24,000 bases of DNA from Ignavibacteriales bacterium (GTDB lineage Bacteria; Bacteroidota; Ignavibacteria; Tepidaquicellales; Tepidaquicellaceae). The notes below the pieces were generated by a model. That model did not search any database, was not told where the DNA came from, and was given only the letters and a program-made list of their open reading frames with translations. Numbering within the stretch: the stretch's first letter is position 1; each line of letters opens with the position of its first letter. The DNA lies in contig JACKAC010000002.1 in the NCBI GenBank assembly GCA_020635255.1, positions 94,873 to 118,872 on the forward strand. Reading direction: 5' to 3'. The translations under genes were made by a program, and so were the position numbers. This document shows, piece after piece, positions 1 to 7,297 of this stretch.

Positions 1-439
1 GTCCAATATGATAAGCGTTATGAATATTGATATTTCCAATTACTGTAAACCATGTATCAGGATAACCTTTTATAGGAACTCCTTCTAGTTTGGTATCCAG
101 TGCTTCATCGAGTTGAGTGCACCATTCGGAAAAAACACTATAGACTTTTTCCACCGTTGCTTTCCAGCTATCTACGTGACTACCGGTAGCGTCATTTGTA
201 AAGGTATACTCGTTGTCCTTAATCTCCTCGACGGGAACATTTATGAAACGGTTGAGATACCGCTGATTCCAGAAGATGAGGTGGTTTACAATCTCATGTA
301 TAGAATGATTGCCGCCGGATTTCCACGCGGCATTTTCCGGCGTCAGTCCATCGAGAGCATTTTTGAGAGTAACGAACCACGTCTCCTCATCGAAGCAGGC
401 GTGCATCTGCTGAAGGAGTATATCTTTTCTAGTTATCAT
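1..439 (-). CDS. DinB/YfiT-family four-helix-bundle protein; 146 N-terminal codons present, 3' end lies beyond the window
   Basis: Absent from the ORF track because it runs off the left edge. My hand translation of the reverse strand from ATG at 439..437 stays open to position 1: MITRKDILLQQMHACFDEETWFVTLKNALDGLTPENAAWKSGGNHSIHEIVNHLIFWNQRYLNRF...TWFTVIGNINIHNAYHIG. The His-bearing helices (HEIVNHL, HNAYHIG) are typical of DinB_2-type proteins. The 113..442 + ORF is its antisense shadow. Confidence 0.7.
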   Translation of the reverse strand, partial: MITRKDILLQQMHACFDEETWFVTLKNALDGLTPENAAWKSGGNHSIHEIVNHLIFWNQRYLNRFINVPVEEIKDNEYTFTNDATGSHVDSWKATVEKVYSVFSEWCTQLDEALDTKLEGVPIKGYPDTWFTVIGNINIHNAYHIG

Positions 440-518
440 TGAATTAAATGATGGAAGTTAAATACTGATTGTATAAGATTAATATAAAAAGTTGCAAGTT
501 AAAGGTCAAACGCGGTGC

Positions 519-1103
519 TTATAATAGCTTTGCAAATACTGTTTCTTTAGTATTTTCCCATTCATCCGCAAGTATGCTGTAATAAGCCGTATCACGCATT
601 CTGCCGTTATGCAGGAGGTGGCGGCTTCGGAGAACTCCTTCTTTTTTGCAACCGATCTTTATCAGAGCGCGACCGGAACGGGGATTAGCATCATCGGTTT
701 TAAATTCGACCCGATTCATTTTCATTTGCTCGAAAGCGAACTGCAACATCTGGAATTTAGCGTGGATATTTACATGCGTGCCCCAGAACTTCCTTCCCAT
801 AAATGACCATCCAATTTCGACACACCTGTCTATTTCCGAGAGATTTCCGAAGCTGGATGAACCTGCAATCTCACCGGAGATTTTATCTATGATAGTAAAA
901 GTGTAGCGGACAGCATTTTGTTTATTGTATAATGCGTCATTGATAAATGTGGTAAGTTCGTCCTCGGTGGATGTTTTTGTTACGGTATATTCCCATATCT
1001 CATCATCGAAGAAGATACTTCGAAGCCCGTCTCTATCGTTGGGTTCGACAGGGCGGAGGAGGATCCTTGAATCCTCAAGGACGATGTTTCTATTAAAAAT
1101 CAT
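519..1103 (-). CDS. GNAT family N-acetyltransferase (RimJ/RimL-like)
   Basis: 194 aa. N-terminal 'LLRPVEPNDRDGL' and the 'VEIGWSFMGRKFWGTHVN...RVEFKTDDANPRSGRALIKIGCKKEGVLRSH' core match the Acetyltransf_3-type GNAT pattern. Confidence 0.8.
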   Translation of the reverse strand: MIFNRNIVLEDSRILLRPVEPNDRDGLRSIFFDDEIWEYTVTKTSTEDELTTFINDALYNKQNAVRYTFTIIDKISGEIAGSSSFGNLSEIDRCVEIGWSFMGRKFWGTHVNIHAKFQMLQFAFEQMKMNRVEFKTDDANPRSGRALIKIGCKKEGVLRSRHLLHNGRMRDTAYYSILADEWENTKETVFAKLL

Positions 1104-1149
1104 TACTTAACATAATCAGAAGGAATATTATAAAAAACGCAAACCGAGA

Positions 1150-2496
1150 TTAATCCTTTGAGGTATTATCAGTGTGCCCGTCGTCGTATATACCTGTAAT
1201 ACCAATTACCTTTCCATTTGCGTCCTTGTCGAATTTGATACGGAAGTAAGGCATATCCATTAACATAAAGGTATCTTCCGAAATAGGGCTCATCTCGTAG
1301 GTTTGCCTCCATCCTCTCTGAAAATAGAGTTGTCCGTTTTCATAGGTAATATTCCTTTCACCGTAAGTTCCTACATAACTTTTCAGTGTATTGACATCTA
1401 TTTCAGGAGCATTCAGAGCATCTTTTAAGGATCCAATTAAAAAATTTAATTGGCTTTTAGTTTGGTCATTGTTAACATTTGTTAGAACTTTTTCGAGCGC
1501 GAGAATATGGGCTTTGGTAAGAGCTAAACGGCTATCGATATCTACATCAGGAGAGACGCCTGTACCTTCCCAATTGGTTTTGGTGTATGGATTAATAGCT
1601 CTTCCTTTTGGAATGTTGATATAGAAGTAGTCATTGGCTATTTCAGGTCCTCCCGGATGCGCTCCTCCACCTGTAGACTGTCCGACAAGGGTTGCGCGGT
1701 TTAACGCTTTTAAATCGTATGAAAATTCTTCAGCCCCTGAAAAAGTGAATGAACTTGTAAGAATATATACAGGAATATCCGGCAAGCGCTTTCCCTTTAT
1801 CTCTTTTAATGTCCAAAATTGTTCAGTGGTGTCCATCGGTCTGAAGTATAGGTCATTAAGATGGACGGGTTCTTTTCCAAAGAGGTAACTACAAATTAAC
1901 TGAACTCCTGAAGCACTCCCACCGCTATTATAACGCATATCAAAAATAAGAGCATCGGTATCTTTTAAAAATTCCATAACAGAAAAAACTTTCTCTTCGA
2001 TAATATTAGCCGGAGCAAAGCGTCGAAAATCAATATAGCCGATATTACCCGGGAGGATCTCTACTTTTTTAAAACCAAAATTTTCGGGTTTTAACTCTTC
2101 AATATACAAACTGTCTTCTTCTTCGGGAGTAAGCCGGATTTCCATGAATTCCCTCATTTCTTTTACACGATCAGGTGAAAAGGAAACCTTTATATGTTTA
2201 TCATTGCTAATTTTTAACAGATCAATTGTGAGTTGTTGAGCAAAATCAACAGGATCCGTAATATTATTATATGCTCCGCTTTGAAGTTGTGTATTTATGT
2301 AATCGCCCATTTCTTTAGCTAAGTCCGGGAAAATGTAATTATCCAAAAGTAACTCTGAAACTGAGCTGACAGTCTCAGATTTCACTTCCATATCAAGCAC
2401 AAAGTTTTCGTTTTTGGTCTGCGCAAAAACCGGATCATACATTAAAAATGCAAACGCTACTAAGAAAACAAACTGGCTAATTAATTTACTTACCAT
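1150..2496 (-). CDS. Secreted S41-family serine peptidase with IRBP-like N-terminal domain (paralog A)
   Basis: Start moved to the internal ATG at 2496 (M30 of the track ORF). This gives a signal peptide MVSKLISQFVFLVAFAFLMYDPVFAQ. The N-terminal 'NYIFPD...QLQSGAYNNITDPVDFAQQLT' resembles the S41 N-terminal/IRBP domain. 'DMRYNSGGS' and 'TSSFTFSGAEEFSYDLKAL' resemble the S41 Ser/Lys catalytic region. Strongly paralogous to 2675..4036. Confidence 0.85.
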   Translation of the reverse strand: MVSKLISQFVFLVAFAFLMYDPVFAQTKNENFVLDMEVKSETVSSVSELLLDNYIFPDLAKEMGDYINTQLQSGAYNNITDPVDFAQQLTIDLLKISNDKHIKVSFSPDRVKEMREFMEIRLTPEEEDSLYIEELKPENFGFKKVEILPGNIGYIDFRRFAPANIIEEKVFSVMEFLKDTDALIFDMRYNSGGSASGVQLICSYLFGKEPVHLNDLYFRPMDTTEQFWTLKEIKGKRLPDIPVYILTSSFTFSGAEEFSYDLKALNRATLVGQSTGGGAHPGGPEIANDYFYINIPKGRAINPYTKTNWEGTGVSPDVDIDSRLALTKAHILALEKVLTNVNNDQTKSQLNFLIGSLKDALNAPEIDVNTLKSYVGTYGERNITYENGQLYFQRGWRQTYEMSPISEDTFMLMDMPYFRIKFDKDANGKVIGITGIYDDGHTDNTSKD

Positions 2497-2580
2497 AATT
2501 ATAGATTGATTTGTATATAAATTAGGATGATAAACAATATAAGAGGGTTTAGAGAAAATAGCAGTTTTTGAATTATAAAG

Positions 2581-2641
2581 CAAAAATCCCCCGCGCGGAA
2601 AAACCGCAAATGCTGATTATCGGAGCAGCGAACGGGGGATT
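2581..2641 (-). terminator. Compound hairpin plus T-run between the two S41 paralogs
   Basis: The 9-bp arms AATCCCCCG (2585..2593) and CGGGGGATT (2633..2641) enclose an inner GCGG-AAAAA-CCGC hairpin (2595..2607). Read on the minus strand, the outer stem is followed by TTTTTG. It lies 34 nt downstream of the stop of 2675..4036. The long loop makes it atypical. Confidence 0.5.
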
Positions 2642-2674
2642 ATAATGGAATAACCGTTGGAGATGAGTGTCCGG

Positions 2675-4036
2675 TTAATCCTTTGGAGTATTATCTGTAT
2701 GACCGTTACTGTAAATACCAGTAATACCGGTCACGTTTCCGTTTGAGTCTTTATCAAACTTGATACGGAAATATTCTACTTCCTTAAACATAAATGTATC
2801 TTCACTTAGGGGTGTTAATTCAAAGGTCTGTCTGCCTGCGCGCTGGTAATATAATCTTCCATCATCATATGTGATCAGCCTTTCTCCGTATTTTCCGGCA
2901 TAGCCTTTGAGGACATCGAGGCTGATATCAGGTGCATTCATAGACATTTCGAGAGACTCTTTGAGGAAATTGAAAACTCCTTTTTTCTCATCATCAGTAC
3001 TTTTTGAAGCCATCTGCTCAAGAGCCATAATATATGCTTTTGTAAATGCATCCTTACTGTCTACGGGTACATCAGGTGAGACACCGGTTTCTTCCCAGTT
3101 AGTTTTGGTATATGGATTGATTGCTCTACCCGAAGGGATATTCATTACGAAATCGTCATTGACAATTTCAGTACCTCCGGGATGCGCGCCTCCGCCGGTA
3201 GTTTCACCAACGATAGTAGCACGTTTAAGGTTTTTCAGGTTATATGAAAACTCCTCTGCGCCGGAGAAGGTGAATGAGCTGGTTAGAACATAAACAGGCA
3301 CATCAGGCATACGCTTTCCTTTAATTTCTTTTAAAGTCCAGTATTGTTCCAGTGTGTCATTTGGTCTGAAGTAGAGGTCATTAAGATGTACCGGCTCTTC
3401 ACCGAAGAGGTAACTGCAAATTAGCTGAATGCCCGTCGGGTCACCACCTCCATTGTACCGCATGTCAAAGATCAACGCATCGCAATTTTCCACAAAGGAC
3501 ATTGTAGTGGCGACCTTGTCTTTGATCAGATTACCCGGACCGAAAAAGCGGAAGTCAATGTAACCAATATTGCCGGGTAACTGCTCGACTTTTTTAAAGC
3601 CGAAGTTATCACCGAGGAGCTGCTGCAGAAACATCCTGTCCTGTTCTTCCTGGCTAACATTCTGGCTTTGCATTTCCCTGATCTCATTAACCTGTCGGGG
3701 AGAGTATCCAACACGGATATGTTTGTCTTTACTAATGGATTGCAGATCCTTTGTCATTTGCATTGCGAATTCCATCGGGTCTGTAATATTATCGTAAACG
3801 CCGCTCTGGAGCTGGGACTTAATGAATTCCTCCATTTTGGCGGCAGTCTCCGGGAATATATAATTATTATTAAGAAGGTCAGAGATGTTTGTGACGACCT
3901 GCATTTTTTCCTCCGAGTTTAAGGTTTTTCCGCCGGTTTCGTTCTGACCTTTAGCGGGATTCTGGATTATTATGAGGGTGGTAAACGCCAATCCAAGGAT
4001 CCGCAAAAATGTCCGTGAAGTTGAGAGTGTTTTCAT
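2675..4036 (-). CDS. Secreted S41-family serine peptidase with IRBP-like N-terminal domain (paralog B)
   Basis: 453 aa with a signal-like N-terminus (MKTLSTSRTFLRILGLAFTTLIIIQNPAKGQ). Same domain order and long identical blocks with paralog A, for example VHLNDLYFRP, TSSFTFSGAEEFSY and GRAINPYTKTNWE. Confidence 0.85.
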   Translation of the reverse strand: MKTLSTSRTFLRILGLAFTTLIIIQNPAKGQNETGGKTLNSEEKMQVVTNISDLLNNNYIFPETAAKMEEFIKSQLQSGVYDNITDPMEFAMQMTKDLQSISKDKHIRVGYSPRQVNEIREMQSQNVSQEEQDRMFLQQLLGDNFGFKKVEQLPGNIGYIDFRFFGPGNLIKDKVATTMSFVENCDALIFDMRYNGGGDPTGIQLICSYLFGEEPVHLNDLYFRPNDTLEQYWTLKEIKGKRMPDVPVYVLTSSFTFSGAEEFSYNLKNLKRATIVGETTGGGAHPGGTEIVNDDFVMNIPSGRAINPYTKTNWEETGVSPDVPVDSKDAFTKAYIMALEQMASKSTDDEKKGVFNFLKESLEMSMNAPDISLDVLKGYAGKYGERLITYDDGRLYYQRAGRQTFELTPLSEDTFMFKEVEYFRIKFDKDSNGNVTGITGIYSNGHTDNTPKD

Positions 4037-4197
4037 TGTATTTACAGTTATTTTATTTTTTATATCTTCTTAATTAAAAAGTGTAGAATGCGAGTACAAT
4101 AGTAATGCCAGTATAAATCCCAGTTTCAAGATAGTGATAACTATTTTTGTAGAATTGAACTTTTCCATTTGTTTTCCCTTCGCGCCCTCTAAAAATA

Positions 4198-5148
4198 TTA
4201 ATTGAGCTTCATATTCATTCTAATTGTAGATCTTTCGTATTTGCTTGGCTCGTTTTGTATAACCTCTTCAAAGCCAAGCTTACGGTAAAGATTAGTTGCG
4301 GCTATCATACTTGTATTTGTTTCGAGGAATAATTCAGAAGCGTTTTCTTCAGCGGCTTTTTCGATAACAGCCATAGCAAGTTTCTCGCCGATATGTCTTC
4401 CCTGGTATTCTTCTGTGACAGCCATTTTGGCTAATTCATAAGAGCCGTTTGGATGTTTTATTAATGCAACGGTGCCCACGATAGTGTTATTATAATCAGC
4501 GAAGAATATAGTACCGCCTTTTGCAAGTATCTCATGCTCCGGGTCTTCAAGAATCTTTCTATCGGGCTCTTCAACTCTAAAGTATTTTCTGATCCAGTCA
4601 TAGTTAAGGTCTTTGAAGAAATCTTTATACTCCGGACGGTACTGCACGATCTTTATACCGTCTTCATTCTTTTGTTTTATCGCATCGGAGACGCGTGAAA
4701 AAATATCCTTTCGCTCCAGCTCTGCCTCGACTTTTCCAAGGACGGAAAGAATGTCATATCCCGTCGATAAGAAAAGCTCTCTAACGGATCTCTCGATCAC
4801 CTGCCAAACCGGCTGGAGTTTCTTAAAGAGTTCATTTCCTTTTGTAGTTACGGTTATAACCTTTTTACGGGAATCCTCTTTTTCCTTAACCGAGCTGAGC
4901 AGACCCTTTTCAGTTAAAATATTAATTATCTGCGTGACAGCGGGCTGTGTATATCCCAGGTGATTTGCAATTTCTGTGACTGTTATCGCTCCGGTATTAT
5001 GAACCAGGTAAAAAACTGTAAACCATCGGGGTTCAAAATCTAAATCAAGGTTTTTGTATACCTTATCGACATCCTGTAATAGCTTATCCGTAAGTATCCT
5101 GAACCTGGTACCGAGAGATAAATAACCCAATTGCTTAATTAAATCCAT
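4198..5148 (-). CDS. Fusion of a MarR-type winged-HTH regulator with a GNAT N-acetyltransferase
   Basis: 316 aa. The N-terminal half has a MarR-like wHTH (ITVTEIANHLGYTQPAVTQIINILTEKGLLSSVKEKEDSRKK). The C-terminal half has a GNAT core (VGTVALIK...LAKMAVTEEYQGRHIGEKLAMAVIEKA...LFLETNTSMIAATNLYRKLGF). Confidence 0.8.
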   Translation of the reverse strand: MDLIKQLGYLSLGTRFRILTDKLLQDVDKVYKNLDLDFEPRWFTVFYLVHNTGAITVTEIANHLGYTQPAVTQIINILTEKGLLSSVKEKEDSRKKVITVTTKGNELFKKLQPVWQVIERSVRELFLSTGYDILSVLGKVEAELERKDIFSRVSDAIKQKNEDGIKIVQYRPEYKDFFKDLNYDWIRKYFRVEEPDRKILEDPEHEILAKGGTIFFADYNNTIVGTVALIKHPNGSYELAKMAVTEEYQGRHIGEKLAMAVIEKAAEENASELFLETNTSMIAATNLYRKLGFEEVIQNEPSKYERSTIRMNMKLN

Positions 5149-5229
5149 ATAATGAATTATATAAGTTCTTATGTATTTTTAACATACTTATTTTATAGGC
5201 TCTTGTCAAGGGTTAATTTTGGAGAAAAA

Positions 5230-6861
5230 CTAGCGGATAAGCATCATTTTTCCAGTTTTTCTGAAGCCGGCTGAACTTAGGGTATAGAAATATATTCCCG
5301 AAGGCAGGGAAGAAGCATCAAAATTGAACTCATATTTACCGGGCTGAAGGTCCCGGTCGATTAAGACGGTAATTTCCTGTCCGATAGAATTATGGATGGC
5401 TAATGTGGCATATGAGCTTTGCGGAAGATCAAAGCTTATCTTTGTCGAGGGATTAAAGGGATTGGGATAATTCTGGAAAAGCTCGAATTTCTCCGGCAGG
5501 GAACTTCCAATCTGGCTAATTCCTATCGATTGTGAGTATTTTATTGTAGCAATATCGTAATCAGTAGTTCCTCCAAAGCTGATACCGCACAGGTAAACAT
5601 TGTCCAGATCATCGACCAGGATGCTGTATGGAAAATCCTCAGGCGCGGAATAAAAGTTATAAGTTTGCAACCATTCCATTTTACCTGAAGAGTTGAGTTT
5701 TAATGTTCCGAGTATAAGCTGAATACCTCCTCTATCGGTAGCGCATCCAATATAAACATTTTGCTTTGAGTCAACTGTAAGACAGTATCCTATGTCGCTT
5801 CCCGATGCCTGACCGTCAAAGCGGTTAGTCCATTTTACAGCACCCGCAGAATCATATTTTATTGTAACGGCATCTTCCGTTCCCAGTAGAGTACCGCTCC
5901 TACTACTTCCTGTAACGTAGATATTATCTTCGGCATCAGTTATTACCTTATATGTGTAATCAATACTATTGCCTGTACCATCGTATGTTTTAGACCATGA
6001 AAGGTTTCCCTGGTTAGAGTATTTAAGAGTAAGGTAATCGAAACCATTTGAGCCGGAAGTAACCCCGGCTATGATTATGTTGTTATTTTGGTCGGTAGTG
6101 ACCGAAGTAGGTCTGTCATCCAGGTCCGACGGTCCGGAGAATGTTTTTGTAAACAGGAGATTTCCCGAATTGTTGTATTTAAGCATAACAATATCGGATG
6201 CTGTTCCGGTTGTTTTACTGCTTCCCGTAACAAAGGCATTATTCTGATCATCCAGTACAAGTCCGACGGAGCTATCATCTCCATTACCTAGTCCGTTATA
6301 TGTCTTTCGCCATAAGAGTTCACCTGATAAGGAGAATTTCATAGTAACGAAATCATTTAAAGAAGAAATGCTCCTTGCGGTTCCTGTAACGAAGATATTG
6401 CCGTCACCGGACACAGCGATGGACTCGCCGTAAGACTGTGTGTAGGCAGTTGAATCGAATGTTCTGATCCATTGAAATATTCCTGCAGAATCGAATCTAA
6501 GCACAGCCATACGGGTAACATCGGTAGAGTCCGTTATAAAGCCGGTAATATAAATGTATCCCAGATCATCCAATACCGCTGATGAAACATTATCAGACCT
6601 ATCAGCAGGGTAATTGTAACGTGATACCCATTGTTCATCACCAGCCGGAGAATATTTAATGATTACAATATCAGAGGAAGTGCCGATTCCGACGGAATTG
6701 CCAATGACAATGATAGAGCCGTCAGGTTTTAGCAACATTTCTCTGGCAATGTCAAAACCCCCGGCAGGTCCATTGTATCTTTTGACCCATTGCTGGGATA
6801 CCTGCGAGAAAGCCGCGAGGGAATTAAGAAAAATTAATACTATGCAGATGGAGAATTTCAT
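5230..6861 (-). CDS. T9SS-sorted secreted beta-propeller repeat protein (SBBP-like repeats)
   Basis: Signal peptide MKFSICIVLIFLNSLAAFSQ. Roughly eight iterations of a ~50-aa unit of the form 'W...YNG.....D.......D..GNIYVTG.......D..T.KY...G'. The C-terminal 88 aa (5233..5496) form a Por/T9SS type-A sorting domain (FQNYPNPFNPSTKISF...GIYFYTL...KMMLIR). Confidence 0.8.
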   Translation of the reverse strand: MKFSICIVLIFLNSLAAFSQVSQQWVKRYNGPAGGFDIAREMLLKPDGSIIVIGNSVGIGTSSDIVIIKYSPAGDEQWVSRYNYPADRSDNVSSAVLDDLGYIYITGFITDSTDVTRMAVLRFDSAGIFQWIRTFDSTAYTQSYGESIAVSGDGNIFVTGTARSISSLNDFVTMKFSLSGELLWRKTYNGLGNGDDSSVGLVLDDQNNAFVTGSSKTTGTASDIVMLKYNNSGNLLFTKTFSGPSDLDDRPTSVTTDQNNNIIIAGVTSGSNGFDYLTLKYSNQGNLSWSKTYDGTGNSIDYTYKVITDAEDNIYVTGSSRSGTLLGTEDAVTIKYDSAGAVKWTNRFDGQASGSDIGYCLTVDSKQNVYIGCATDRGGIQLILGTLKLNSSGKMEWLQTYNFYSAPEDFPYSILVDDLDNVYLCGISFGGTTDYDIATIKYSQSIGISQIGSSLPEKFELFQNYPNPFNPSTKISFDLPQSSYATLAIHNSIGQEITVLIDRDLQPGKYEFNFDASSLPSGIYFYTLSSAGFRKTGKMMLIR

Positions 6862-7297
6862 TGGAATAAATTATAAAAAGGAGTAAAAAACTGCAATGTA
6901 GGATTGATTTTGGGACGAAGAGATAAAAAAAGACGGTGAAGCAGGCGGTATCAGGAGGACTAATACTCGCCATTATGGAATTTGGAGCATGTTAATGCCT
7001 TAACAGTATAATACTAGCGTCCTGGGCAGCAACGAAGTAGTAACCGTAACATTTCCATTTTGCTTCACCTAATAGAACAATGAGTACAACCTAATCTTAT
7101 AGATTCAAAATTATTATAGATGAAATTGTCTTCAAATAAGCTATAAACCGATTTTATTGTAGGAAATCACCTATGGAGTGGCGAAATCTCAATTTCCGAG
7201 AGCTATAAAATAAATGAAAATTCTCTGTTATTTTTGAAAAATTTTTGTTAACATATTGTTACGCACATTTCCAAAAAAAATTTTAATTCACTCACCT

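Noticed and set aside
113-442. 109-aa + strand ORF from the track
   Set aside because: It is the antisense shadow of a well-supported DinB-family gene on the minus strand (1..439). It has no recognisable motifs of its own.
2497-2583. 29-codon N-terminal extension of the first S41 peptidase ORF (track start 2583)
   Set aside because: The extension precedes a perfect signal peptide that begins at the ATG at 2496. It would also run into the hairpin/T-run element at 2581..2641. The internal ATG is the better start.
2907-3293. This and the many other 60-130-aa track ORFs lying antisense inside long CDS (e.g. 609..806, 1391..1888, 3570..3922, 4613..4963, 6075..6291, 7453..8726, 9345..9584, 10858..11079, 12078..12362, 13818..14230, 15399..16247, 16304..16882, 17552..17776, 18062..18313, 18610..19171, 21649..21960, 22335..22817, 23600..23905)
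   Set aside because: Each is fully overlapped by a longer ORF with clear family motifs on the opposite strand or in another frame. Their translations are low-information, with no motifs. They are treated as shadow ORFs.
4070-4168. 32-aa minus-strand small ORF (MEKFNSTKIVITILKLGFILALLLYSHSTLFN) in the 161-bp gap between the MarR-GNAT and S41 genes; could be a small membrane protein
   Set aside because: It has no RBS, no conservation information, and a short hydrophobic sequence that arises easily in AT-rich DNA. Evidence is insufficient to call a gene.
6870-6875. Perfect TATAAT (minus strand) about 9 nt upstream of the ATG of 5230..6861, with a TTGCAG at 15-nt spacing
   Set aside because: AT-rich spacers produce such hexamers by chance. 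The spacing is suboptimal. FCB-group bacteria often use a different promoter consensus. It is not reportable as a promoter without TSS data.
6935-7069. 9-bp inverted repeat (GGTGAAGCA / TGCTTCACC) enclosing about 117 nt with small internal hairpins in the long divergent spacer; possible structured RNA
   Set aside because: A back-of-envelope estimate gives about 0.3 expected 9-bp inverted matches by chance in a 436-nt region. I recognise no known ncRNA or riboswitch consensus. It cannot be supported without covariation data.
7256-7297. TTG-initiated 14-codon extension of the T9SS cargo ORF
   Set aside because: The ATG at 7298 yields a canonical signal peptide (MSKTILLLLFLSIFSVKTYSQ). The extension adds charged residues in front of it.
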